The position numbers were made by a program, and so were the translations under genes. The notes beneath the pieces are model-generated. The model was given only the letters and a program-made list of their open reading frames with translations, was not told where the DNA came from and did no database searches. Shown piece after piece: positions 47,134 to 56,077 of a DNA stretch of 64,000 nt; position 1 is the stretch's first letter, and the number at the start of each line of letters is the position of its first letter. The DNA is from an uncultured Actinomycetes bacterium. GTDB lineage: Bacteria > Actinomycetota > Thermoleophilia > RBG-16-64-13. The DNA lies in the NCBI GenBank assembly GCA_963814415.1, contig CAWFCN010000001.1, positions 854,529 through 918,528 on the forward strand. The letters run 5' to 3'.

Positions 47134-49193
47134 TCGCTGGGTGTGATGATGTAGTCACCGAAGGCGTCGACCGTGCACGCGCTGCGCGTTGGAATCACCG
47201 TCGTCACTGTGGGCTCCTGGATGATGGCCGCGCCTCGCATCACGTTGCCTGCCTCCAGCTTCTCGCCGTCATAGACAGGCACCGGGATGAGGCTGTCGTC
47301 GAAGTAGCAGTCCTTGGTCTCCAGCAGCGCTTTGGAGGGGTCGGCTGAGGCCAGGCTCCGCCGTGGTATGGGCACCTTGACCGAGTTGATCTTCGCCGTC
47401 ACGCGCAGGTTGATCATCTCCAGGGGCACCCAGGGCAGCGAGAAAGTGAAGAGTTCCTCGTGCAGCACGTGGAAGCGCTTCTCCATGTCCCTGACGTCTG
47501 CTTCGGTGATCTCGCGGTCGGGGAGTTTGATCTCCAGCACGTGGTACTGCCCCTGATAGCGGACCTCGGCCGATTTCTCGACCACCAGGTCTTCGATGCC
47601 CACGTGAAACGCCTCCACATCGCGCAGGGCCTCGGCGGCCATGTCTTTGTAGAGTCCGTTGATAAGGGGTATGTCGGCCTTGTCCGATCTGGTGAGGTGC
47701 GAGCGGACGTAGTCCCGGCCTATGTCCAGGAAGAACATGCTCCAGGCACAGAACGCCGACGAGTAGCGGGGGACGATCGTCCTTCGCACCCCCAGGATCT
47801 CCGCCACAGAAGGACCGCACAGCGGGCCGCCGCCGCCGATGGCCAGCAGGCTGAAATCGCGGACGTCGTAGCCCTTGTGAGTGGACACCTCGGTGATCGC
47901 GTCGGCCATGGTGTGGTTTACCGTTGTGAAGACCGCCTCCGCGGCCTCCTCGATGCTCATGCCCAGAGCGTCGGCGATCTTGCTTAAGGCCTGGCGGGAC
48001 AGCTCGGGCTGCAGCTTGAGTCTGCCTCCGTTGAAGTTGTCGGGGTTTATGTAGCCCAGGATCACGGCGGCATCGGTGACCGTCGGCTCCGTGCCTCCCC
48101 GCCCGAAGCAGGCCGGGCCCGGCACGGCTGAAGCGCTCTGCGGACCTACACGCAGCAGACCCAGGGGGTCGATCCAGGCGATACTGCCACCACCGGCCCC
48201 GACGCTTACCACGTCCGCCACCTTGATGCCCAGACGGTCGTCGCCCAGCCACTCGCCTACCTTGAGGCTGACCTTGCGGTCCTTGACCACGCTGGCATCC
48301 CACGTGGTGCCACCCATGTCGCCGATGATGAAGTTGTCTTCGCCGATGGCCTCGCCCAGATACGCCGCCCCCGCGGGGCCGGCGGCCGGCCCCGAACCGG
48401 TGAGATAGACCGGCTTGGCAATCACCGCATCGACAGACTGCACGAACTGGTTCGCTTGCACCACGAGCAGCTGGTTCTCGAAGCCGGCTTCCTTGAGCGA
48501 AGACTGAAGCTTCGTCAGGTACTTCTTGACTATGGGGCCCACGGAGGCGTTGATGACGCAGGTGCTTTCGCGCTCGTATTCACCCATCTTGGGCAGAAGC
48601 TGACTGGAGCACGAGATGAACACGCCCGGCAGCTCCTGGGCGCATATCTCCGCCGCGCGGAGCTCGTTCGCGGAGTCGGCATAGGAGTTGATGAAGCAGA
48701 TGGCGAGGGCCTCTATCTGCTGCTTCTTGATGCTCTCGAGTACCGCGCGGAGTCCGTTCTCGTCGAGCGGCGTGACTATCTCGCCCGAAGCCTTCGTCTT
48801 CTCCGACACGGTGAACCGCAGGCGGCGCGGGACCAGGGGCTCGTACGGGGGGATATAGGCCTCGTACATTGAGTGGGTCTCGATCTTGGCCGAGCGCCGC
48901 ATCTCGATGATGTCCCTGAAGCCCGTGGTGGTGATGAGAGCCGTCGGCGACAGCTTCCTCTGCACCAGAGCGTTGGTCGACACCGTCGTACCGTGCACCA
49001 ACCACTCCGTCTGCTGCAGGAACTCCCGGGTACCCAGCCCGAAGTGCCCGGCGGCGTCGACGATGGTGTTCATCACTCCCTCGGAGAAGTCCCCCGGCGT
49101 GGTGGGTGCCTTGAACTGATGCAGACCGCCCTCTCCATCGAGGACGACGCAGTCGGTGAACGTCCCTCCGGTATCAATACATACCCTATACAT
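47130..49193 (-). CDS. hyuA: hydantoinase A/oxoprolinase-family ATPase subunit
   Basis: MYRVCIDTGGTFTDCVVL..., 687 aa, with ASKHA-fold motifs (DMGGTTWD, GGGGP). Appears intact. Confidence 0.9.
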   Translation of the reverse strand: MYRVCIDTGGTFTDCVVLDGEGGLHQFKAPTTPGDFSEGVMNTIVDAAGHFGLGTREFLQQTEWLVHGTTVSTNALVQRKLSPTALITTTGFRDIIEMRRSAKIETHSMYEAYIPPYEPLVPRRLRFTVSEKTKASGEIVTPLDENGLRAVLESIKKQQIEALAICFINSYADSANELRAAEICAQELPGVFISCSSQLLPKMGEYERESTCVINASVGPIVKKYLTKLQSSLKEAGFENQLLVVQANQFVQSVDAVIAKPVYLTGSGPAAGPAGAAYLGEAIGEDNFIIGDMGGTTWDASVVKDRKVSLKVGEWLGDDRLGIKVADVVSVGAGGGSIAWIDPLGLLRVGPQSASAVPGPACFGRGGTEPTVTDAAVILGYINPDNFNGGRLKLQPELSRQALSKIADALGMSIEEAAEAVFTTVNHTMADAITEVSTHKGYDVRDFSLLAIGGGGPLCGPSVAEILGVRRTIVPRYSSAFCAWSMFFLDIGRDYVRSHLTRSDKADIPLINGLYKDMAAEALRDVEAFHVGIEDLVVEKSAEVRYQGQYHVLEIKLPDREITEADVRDMEKRFHVLHEELFTFSLPWVPLEMINLRVTAKINSVKVPIPRRSLASADPSKALLETKDCYFDDSLIPVPVYDGEKLEAGNVMRGAAIIQEPTVTTVIPTRSACTVDAFGDYIITPSE

Positions 49194-49196
49194 CCT

Positions 49197-50357
49197 CTAG
49201 AACTGCCTCGGCCAAGGCTCCACGCCGGGACGGCCCGGGTACTTGGCTGCGACCGCCGCGACCCCGGGGCTATCCAACGCCATCAGGTGGCCGTTGTCGT
49301 AGACCACGGTGTCGCCCATCTTGAGCGACGGGTTACGGATGTCACCGGTGATGTGCATGTAGTACGGATACTTCTCGTTCGACGGCGGCGCCCCGATATG
49401 CACGTGCAGGTCGCAGCTGTGCGAGTGCTCTATGATGCGGCGGTGCAGGATGTTGGGGCACTGATGCGGCGCCACGCTGGCCTGCGGATGTACGCCGAAG
49501 TGGAATACGTTGAAGTCGTACACGCCTTCGCCCACGCGCGGTTTCATGTCCTCCAGGAAGCGCTTGAGAGCCTGGGCTTCCCAGCCCCCCTCGATCGCCT
49601 TGATCTTGGTGTTCTCGATGACCAGCTTGATGGGCGTCTCCAGGTACGGGGAGATGCCTATGTACCTGGACCACCAACTGAGCATGGTCTCGAAGATGAA
49701 CACCCCGTTGGTGTCGGTGATGCGGATGGGCGGATGCACCCACTCCGGCCACGGCAGATAGTGGCTGGCGTCTTTGCGGAACGAGGAGTACGGCATGCCG
49801 GGGTCGCCCTCTTTGCGGTTCTCGGCAGGCGTCGTGCGCCCTTCCAGATGCGTGCCGTTGGGGTCGGTGAGCACCCAAGGCAGGTCGGGGCGTATGGCCA
49901 GTGAAGACTGGTAGCGGATCTGGCTCACGAGCTCCCACGGGGTCTGCGCCCAGGCGGTGTTGAGTAGGGGCGCCGTGCTGGCGAAGTTGCGGATCATCCA
50001 GGTCTGCGCCTCTTCGAGGTAGTACCGGAACTCCGCGATCTCCTCGGTGACCAGGTTGTTGGAGTGGTTTATGAGGAGGTCGGCTTCCTTGATAGCCGCC
50101 TTGACCACCGGCGGGAAACGCCAGGCGTGCGGCGTGGCGGGCTCGTCTATCCACAGGACGGTGGCGCGGGCGCCGCGCTCCACCACCCCTTGCTGTATCC
50201 AAGATATGGCGTCTTCGTCCACCGGGCTGTCGCCGCCGTAGAGTCCATCCACCTCGGCCAGTATCACCACTTCCCAGCCGGGCTTGACCTCGGCACACTT
50301 GTCCAACATGTCGGCGATCGCTATCGCGGCCCCCGCGGGCATGCCTACTCTACCCAT
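49197..50357 (-). CDS. uncharacterised metalloenzyme-like protein; weak resemblance to the M29 aminopeptidase / NicX fold
   Basis: His-rich segments FHFGVHPQA, EHSHSCDLHVHIG and HITGDIRNPSLKMGDTVVYDNG recall the C-terminal metal-site region of NicX-type proteins. This is from memory only. GGAGGAGAGG SD. Confidence 0.4.
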   Translation of the reverse strand: MGRVGMPAGAAIAIADMLDKCAEVKPGWEVVILAEVDGLYGGDSPVDEDAISWIQQGVVERGARATVLWIDEPATPHAWRFPPVVKAAIKEADLLINHSNNLVTEEIAEFRYYLEEAQTWMIRNFASTAPLLNTAWAQTPWELVSQIRYQSSLAIRPDLPWVLTDPNGTHLEGRTTPAENRKEGDPGMPYSSFRKDASHYLPWPEWVHPPIRITDTNGVFIFETMLSWWSRYIGISPYLETPIKLVIENTKIKAIEGGWEAQALKRFLEDMKPRVGEGVYDFNVFHFGVHPQASVAPHQCPNILHRRIIEHSHSCDLHVHIGAPPSNEKYPYYMHITGDIRNPSLKMGDTVVYDNGHLMALDSPGVAAVAAKYPGRPGVEPWPRQF

Positions 50358-50411
50358 GACGTCCTCTCCTCCAATACATTGAGACCGGAATGCACAATCC
50401 CACCGGGGGCC

Positions 50412-51107
50412 CTAGACCCCCAGCCATTTCTGCTTGACCTCTTCGTTGTCGCGCAGGTCCTCGGGCTTCCCCTCCCAGACCACGCTGCCCTTGCTGACGA
50501 TGTAGATGTCGTCGGCCACGGTCAGCGCCATATTCAGGTTCTGCTCGGCCAGGAGGACCGTGACCTTTCCCTTCAACTTGCAGATGACCTGGCCTATGTT
50601 CTTGACCACCAGGGGCGCCAAGCCCTCGGACGGCTCGTCCATGAGCAGCAGGTCCGGGTTGAGCATCAGGGCGCGGGCGACTGCCAGCATCTGCTGCTCT
50701 CCGCCGCTGAGCAGGTTGGCGGGAAGACCCTGCCGCTCCTTCAGGATGGGAAAGAGGTCATAGACCATCTCCAGATTCCAGGCGCCTTCGCCCTCGTTCC
50801 CTCGGGCGGCGACCATGAGATTCTCTTTCACGCTGAGTGAGGGAAAGACGATGCGCCCCTGAGGGCAGAGCCCGATGCCTTTGCGCGCTATCTGGAAAGG
50901 CTGGAGCCCGGCGATCTGCTGGCCCTTGAAGCGCACCGCGCCGCTGGACGGCGCCGGGAGACCGATGATCGACCGGATGATGGTGGTCTTGCCCATGCCG
51001 TTGCGGCCCAAGATGGCCACGGTGGTGCCCTCGGGGACTCTGAGCGAGAGGTCCCACAAGACGTGGGTATCGCCATAGAAGGTGTTTATGTTTTCTAGCT
51101 CTAGCAA
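50412..51107 (-). CDS. livF: LivF-like ABC ATPase, copy B
   Basis: GRNGMGKTT, LSGGEQQMLAVARAL and LLLMDEPSEGL. Confidence 0.9.
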   Translation of the reverse strand: MLELENINTFYGDTHVLWDLSLRVPEGTTVAILGRNGMGKTTIIRSIIGLPAPSSGAVRFKGQQIAGLQPFQIARKGIGLCPQGRIVFPSLSVKENLMVAARGNEGEGAWNLEMVYDLFPILKERQGLPANLLSGGEQQMLAVARALMLNPDLLLMDEPSEGLAPLVVKNIGQVICKLKGKVTVLLAEQNLNMALTVADDIYIVSKGSVVWEGKPEDLRDNEEVKQKWLGV

Positions 51108-51850
51108 CTGTCGTCACTCCCCAGATAGATCTCCTGCACCTTGGGATCGGCACTGACCTCTTTGGGACTGCCCTTGGTCATGATCTCTCCGGAATAGAGC
51201 ACCATGATCTGGTCGGCGAGGTTGAAGACCAGGTCCATGTCGTGGGCGCAGAAGAGGACGGTCGTGTCGCCGGCCAAGCGGCGGATCACGTCGGCGAAGA
51301 CCGCGGCCTCCGCGGTGGGCAGGCCGGCGCTGGGCTCATCCAGCAGCACGATCTTGGGCTTGCCGGAGAAGGCGCAGAGCAACTCCACCAGGCGCTGGTC
51401 ACCGTATGACTGCACCTGCAGAGGCTCGTGACGCCTGTCGGCCAACCCGACCAGTTCCAGCTTGCTCTCTGCCTCTTCGAGCAGCTCCGCCCGGCTCTCC
51501 AGCCGCTGGAACATCCGCAGATGATGTCTCTCGGCTCCGTGCAGGGCCAGGAGAACGTTGTCGAGCACGGATAGCTCGAAGAAGAGGTTGTTGATTTGAA
51601 AAGACCGCCCTACCCCCATGTGCAGGCGCCGGTTAGGCGATAGCTTGGTGATATCCCTGTCCTCCAGGAATATGCGGCCGCCGGACGCGGGCAGCTGTCC
51701 ACCGATGGTGTTGATGAGCGTGGTCTTGCCTGCTCCGTTCGGGCCGATCAGGGCCAGTTTCTCCCCTGCCTCCACCGCGAAGGACACGTCGGTGAGGACG
51801 CTCAGTCCCCCGAAGTGCCTGGATAGGCGTTCGACTCGTAGAACAGTCAT
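51101..51850 (-). CDS. livG: LivG-like ABC ATPase, copy B
   Basis: The ATG at 51850 overlaps the permease stop (ATGA). GPNGAGKTTL and VLLDEPSAGL. Confidence 0.9.
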   Translation of the reverse strand: MTVLRVERLSRHFGGLSVLTDVSFAVEAGEKLALIGPNGAGKTTLINTIGGQLPASGGRIFLEDRDITKLSPNRRLHMGVGRSFQINNLFFELSVLDNVLLALHGAERHHLRMFQRLESRAELLEEAESKLELVGLADRRHEPLQVQSYGDQRLVELLCAFSGKPKIVLLDEPSAGLPTAEAAVFADVIRRLAGDTTVLFCAHDMDLVFNLADQIMVLYSGEIMTKGSPKEVSADPKVQEIYLGSDDSC

Positions 51851-53889
51851 GGCTTCACCTCTCTGCCACCCGCCGTTCGCGGAACATGGGGTCGTATTCT
51901 TGCGAACCCCCACCTATCCCAAGCCTTCGACAAGTAGCGGGCGAAGCCGTTCGGCAGGAACATGACCGAGATGACGAAGATGACACCTATGATGATGTCC
52001 CAGTAGTTCGACCAGTGGACGATCGCATATTCCTTGACCAGGATCACCACCGCGGCAGCCAGGCATGGCCCCCAAAGGGTTCCCCGGCCGCCCATGATGA
52101 CCATGAGCATCGGCAGAGAGCACATCTCCAACGTCAGAGTCGAGGGCGTCATGCTGCCCCCTTCGTACGCGAAGAGTATGCCCGCCACCCCGGCGAAGAC
52201 GCCTCCGACCACCACGCCGACGTACTTCTGCCGCCACGTGTTGAAGCCCAGACTCCTCATCCGCTGCTCATTGAGCCTTACGCCCACCAAGGTCCTGCCG
52301 AAGGACGAGTTGACAATGAACCGCAGGATGACGAAGCAGACGACAAAGATGATGAGCACCATGTAGTAGTACTTGAGATTGGTCCACTGGATATCGAAGC
52401 CCAGGTTGGGCCGTTCTGTCCATGTCAGACCGTCGATGCCGTTGGTTACCCTTGTCCACTTCGTGGCTATCACAAAGAGGACCTGACCGAGTCCCATGGT
52501 CACCAAGAGGTAGTAGACGTCCGTGACCCTGAGGCTTATGTAGCCGATCACCAGAGCTGTGATCGCCGTGGCCACCAGGGCCGCCGGGGCGGCTATCCAA
52601 AACGAGGTGATGCCCAGCTTGACTATGAAAGCCAGGAGCGTGTACCCAGCCACCCCCAGGAAGGCTGCGTGCCCGAAGGAGACCAGCCCCGCGTAGCCCA
52701 TGGTCAGGTCTAGGCTGATGGCCAAGAGCGCGAAGATGACGACCTTGGTCAGGATGCTCTGTTGGTAGGTACCTATGGCTGTCGGCACCAGCGCCAGCAC
52801 AAGCAGTATCGCTGCATAGGGGACACCTTTGTGCAGCCCCACCAACCACTTCGAGCGGTGCCCCTTGGCTCCGACGTGGTGCCCGTGCCGTCCGCCGGGC
52901 GTCGCGAGGGTCCGGCCGACCGATCTGAGGGGACGGCCGACCGCCACGTCCAGACCCGAAAGCACCGCGACCTGCCACTTTCTCCGGCCGGCCCGCGGGA
53001 CCTCCAGATACATGGTCGAGGCGGCGCTTCCGGTGATAGGCCTGCCCAACAGCCCACTGGGTTTGACCAGAAGCACCAATATGAGGGCGACGTAGGAGAC
53101 GAAGCCGGAGTAGTCGGAGAAGTACGCCGAGCCGAAGGAGTTCAGCAATCCGAGCACTATTCCCCCCACGAGTGCCCCCTGTATGGAACCGGTCCCGCCC
53201 ACCACGACCACGATCATCGACAGGAGCAGGACGTCCCAAGCGACCTTCAGATTGATGCCGGTCGCGGTAGCACCTATGAGTCCGCACATCCCCGCTATGA
53301 ACGCCCCCAGAACGAAGATGCCGGTGAAGACTCGTTTCAAGTTGATACCCAGGGCCCCGGCTATCTCCCTGTTGTCCATGCCGGCCCGCACCACAGCGCC
53401 TATCCTGGTCTTCTCTTGCAGCAGCCATAGCAGAACCGCCATCAGTAGGCCGAAGCCGATGATGAAGAGCTTGATGTCGGGAATGCCCACGCTTCCGATG
53501 ACTACCGAGCCGTTAAACCAGCTGGGGAGTAGCTGGCCGCTCGGGAAACCTCCCCAGATGTTCCGGATGGCGCCCGCGATTATGTAAATGAAGCCGATGG
53601 TCAGCAGGACCTGACTGGTCGGCTTGCCGTACAGGCGCCGCAAGAAGACGACCTCGAGCAACAGACCGATGACCCCGGCACACAGCGCCCCCACCAGGAC
53701 ACCCAGCCACCAGTTGTGGACGTGGGTAGCCACATAGAGGGCGACATAGCCTCCTACCATGTACAGCGCCCCGTGGGCCAGGTTGATGATGCGCATCAGA
53801 CCCATGGTCAAGGTCAGGCCAGCTGCCAAGAGAAAGAGGATGAACCCGAGAGACAGTCCGAAAACGAATACTGAGACTATGTTTCCCAT
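51847..53889 (-). CDS. fused LivH-LivM-type permease (680 aa), copy B
   Basis: The LivH-like half (to ..LVKPSGLLGRP) is joined by a basic linker of about 75 aa to the LivM-like half (..LDLTMGYAGLVSFGHAAF..). Confidence 0.85.
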   Translation of the reverse strand: MGNIVSVFVFGLSLGFILFLLAAGLTLTMGLMRIINLAHGALYMVGGYVALYVATHVHNWWLGVLVGALCAGVIGLLLEVVFLRRLYGKPTSQVLLTIGFIYIIAGAIRNIWGGFPSGQLLPSWFNGSVVIGSVGIPDIKLFIIGFGLLMAVLLWLLQEKTRIGAVVRAGMDNREIAGALGINLKRVFTGIFVLGAFIAGMCGLIGATATGINLKVAWDVLLLSMIVVVVGGTGSIQGALVGGIVLGLLNSFGSAYFSDYSGFVSYVALILVLLVKPSGLLGRPITGSAASTMYLEVPRAGRRKWQVAVLSGLDVAVGRPLRSVGRTLATPGGRHGHHVGAKGHRSKWLVGLHKGVPYAAILLVLALVPTAIGTYQQSILTKVVIFALLAISLDLTMGYAGLVSFGHAAFLGVAGYTLLAFIVKLGITSFWIAAPAALVATAITALVIGYISLRVTDVYYLLVTMGLGQVLFVIATKWTRVTNGIDGLTWTERPNLGFDIQWTNLKYYYMVLIIFVVCFVILRFIVNSSFGRTLVGVRLNEQRMRSLGFNTWRQKYVGVVVGGVFAGVAGILFAYEGGSMTPSTLTLEMCSLPMLMVIMGGRGTLWGPCLAAAVVILVKEYAIVHWSNYWDIIIGVIFVISVMFLPNGFARYLSKAWDRWGFARIRPHVPRTAGGREVKP

Positions 53890-53930
53890 ATGAAGCTCCC
53901 GTACCCCCTTCTCGCAGTAGGTCGTATGTG

Positions 53931-53987
53931 CATGGAAGCGGGGGTGGCACCCCTCCTCAGCGGAGACCGCCTGCCCCCGCTTCCATG
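53931..53987 (-). other. intercistronic stem-loop after SBP gene copy B (14-bp perfect stem catggaagcggggg / cccccgcttccatg, 29-nt loop)
   Basis: Read directly, between the SBP stop (54021) and the permease start (53889). Confidence 0.5.
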
Positions 53988-54020
53988 ACTATGAGTGCTG
54001 CTCGATCCTTCTAGTTCGTC

Positions 54021-55292
54021 CTACTGGCCGAAACCGGCGGTGGGGACTGCCTCGTAGGTCTTCACAGTCTTGTAGTAGTACGGCCATTCAGCGCCGGCCT
54101 CGTTGGCCGTCACTTCTACGATGTAGACGTTGCGGATCGCGACGTTCGGCCACTTGCCGGCCGGGTCGAAGCGGGCCGGGCCTTGCGGACCCTCCCAGTC
54201 GGTCGACAGCATGCCGTCCATAAGGGCCTGCGGGGAGGTGTCGCCGCCGTTGGCCAGCAGCACCTTGATGAACAGCTGCGCTGCGTCGTATGGGTTGGCA
54301 TTGCTGCCGTCAAGAGCCAGCGGACCAGAGGTGGTCGGCTGAGCGGCCGTCCAGAGCTCCACGAAGGTCGTGTTGGCCTCGGTGTCCAGCTGCGGGTTGT
54401 ACTCCATAGGAGTGGATGCGCCCGCCATCTTGGCAGCTGCCGTCGGATTATTGAGGTCCTTGAGGATATACGGGTCGAAGGTCGCACCGTGGAAGGCGCC
54501 CACCTTGGGCATGGTGATGCCCAGCTGATCGAAGGCTACGACAAGCCTTTGGGCGTCGGCACCTGGGAACCAGTAGACCAGCGCGTCGGCCGGCTTGAAG
54601 GTCGTCAGGAGCGGCGAGAAGTCCAGAGTGTTCTGCGGAGCGGATTTGGCGTCGACGATGGTGCCGCCGAGAGCCTCGAACTCAGTGGCAAAGGGGGTCA
54701 TGAACGTAGCGCCCGCGGCGCCTTCCGGCGCGAGGGTATCGACGTTCTTGTAGCCCAGAGTGTTGTAGACGTAGTCAGCCATGCAGGTCGGCTGCTGCAG
54801 GTTCGTACCACCCGCCGCCACCACCCACGGATTGTTCAGGAAGATGACCTCAGGCGATGGGCTGTAGACGATCAGCGGAACGCCGGCCGTCTTCATGTAA
54901 GTAGAGACGGTGAACTTCTCACCGATGGCGGTCGGGCCGAAGATCGCCACGACCTTGTCCTGCTCCACCAGCTTCTTGGCCCGAGCGAGCGCCTGGTTCG
55001 GATCGTCGGCCGCATCTTCGGTGATAATCTGGACCGGACGGTCGCCGATGCGGTCGTTGATGGCCGCGAAGGCCAGCTCGAGCGACTTCTTCATGTTGAG
55101 ACCGGTGGTCGCCTCCACGCCGGTCGCATCGACGATGTGACCGATCTTGATGGGCTCACCGGTTGCGGGCGGCAGAGTCGTGGTGGGTTCGCCGGTAGTA
55201 GTCGTGACCTCGGTGCCGCCGCAAGCCACAGCCAGCATTGCGACCACGATGACCAGCACAAACACCCCTGCCAACAAGTATCGTTTCTTCAC
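54021..55292 (-). CDS. LivK-type substrate-binding lipoprotein, copy B
   Basis: The GTG at 55292 has AGGAGGG 7 nt upstream. Signal peptide plus lipobox (LAVAC). Periplasmic-binding-protein type I layout. Confidence 0.85.
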   Translation of the reverse strand: MKKRYLLAGVFVLVIVVAMLAVACGGTEVTTTTGEPTTTLPPATGEPIKIGHIVDATGVEATTGLNMKKSLELAFAAINDRIGDRPVQIITEDAADDPNQALARAKKLVEQDKVVAIFGPTAIGEKFTVSTYMKTAGVPLIVYSPSPEVIFLNNPWVVAAGGTNLQQPTCMADYVYNTLGYKNVDTLAPEGAAGATFMTPFATEFEALGGTIVDAKSAPQNTLDFSPLLTTFKPADALVYWFPGADAQRLVVAFDQLGITMPKVGAFHGATFDPYILKDLNNPTAAAKMAGASTPMEYNPQLDTEANTTFVELWTAAQPTTSGPLALDGSNANPYDAAQLFIKVLLANGGDTSPQALMDGMLSTDWEGPQGPARFDPAGKWPNVAIRNVYIVEVTANEAGAEWPYYYKTVKTYEAVPTAGFGQ

Positions 55293-55393
55293 TGTTCCAC
55301 CCTCCTGTTCTAGAGACAACTAGGTGCTACTCGAACAGAAACAGAGCTGATGCTCCTTCTTGGCCTGCACGCCTCCTTTCGTACTCCCCATCT

Positions 55394-55891
55394 CTACGGC
55401 TGTTTCAGATTGAGGGCCATCTTGAACAACACCGACCTTGCCATCTCCACCTCCGAAGGGGCGATTCCCTCCAGTGCGCGGTCGAGGTTGCGTTGAGCAA
55501 GAGGGACGAGTGTGGTCACCATCTCGCGCCCCTGGTCGGTGAGATGGATGAGGTTGGAGCGCCCGTCTTCTGGGTTGGGCCGGCGCACGATCAGACCCTG
55601 CTCCTCAAGTTTCGTGATGAGGTGAAACGCCGCCACCTTGCTCTTATGGAAGCGGTCGGCGAGGGCCTGCTGGGAGAGCCCGTCCCTTATGGACAGCTGG
55701 GTGACGATGGCCCACTGCTCTGCGCTCACCTTGTAGCCCGCCTTGGCGAACTCTCCCTTGAGACCCTCTTGAAGGCGCCGGGCGCAATAGGCCACGACCC
55801 AACCCATGGAGTCGGTGGGCCAACCCTTGGTGTACACGAAGCCGATTTCGGCGGTGTCTGTCGTCAAGAGGACTCCGTCTAGACGAGGCAT
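55394..55891 (-). CDS. MarR-family regulator, copy B
   Basis: LSQQALADRFHKSKVAAFHLITKLEEQGLIVRRPNPEDGRSNLIHLT. The start is uncertain: ATG 55891 versus TTG 55930, and the longer form would translate through the palindrome at 55892-55912. Confidence 0.8.
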   Translation of the reverse strand: MPRLDGVLLTTDTAEIGFVYTKGWPTDSMGWVVAYCARRLQEGLKGEFAKAGYKVSAEQWAIVTQLSIRDGLSQQALADRFHKSKVAAFHLITKLEEQGLIVRRPNPEDGRSNLIHLTDQGREMVTTLVPLAQRNLDRALEGIAPSEVEMARSVLFKMALNLKQP

Positions 55892-55953
55892 GTAGTTAAT
55901 AAGCTTAACTACAACCCTGGGAGCTGTCAAGAGGTTTGGTGACTTAACTAAAG
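55892..55953 (-). promoter_or_regulatory. AT-rich operator-like sites: palindrome GTAGTTAA-N5-TTAACTAC (55892-55912) plus a third TTAGTTAAGTCACC half-site (55938-55951, minus strand)
   Basis: A perfect 8-bp inverted repeat read directly. It lies immediately upstream of, or within the start of, marR copy B. Confidence 0.4.
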
Positions 55954-55993
55954 CCCCAGACGCAGCCGACCAAAGGCACCCAGATATTGGAAC

Positions 55994-56033
55994 GGCCCCG
56001 GCCTCTGCCTTGGTGGTGGCAGGGGCCGGGGCC
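55994..56033 (-). terminator. 16-bp stem-loop (one G-U pair), 8-nt loop
   Basis: ggccccggcctctgcc / ggcaggggccggggcc, downstream of the thiolase gene. Confidence 0.5.
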
Positions 56034-56044
56034 GCCCGGAAAAC

Positions 56045-56063
56045 ACCGGCTTCGTAAGCCGGT
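56045..56063 (-). terminator. 8-bp stem-loop accggctt-cgt-aagccggt directly after the thiolase stop
   Basis: A perfect inverted repeat 15 nt after the stop at 56078. Confidence 0.4.
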
Positions 56064-56077
56064 ATGACTCGCTTTGA

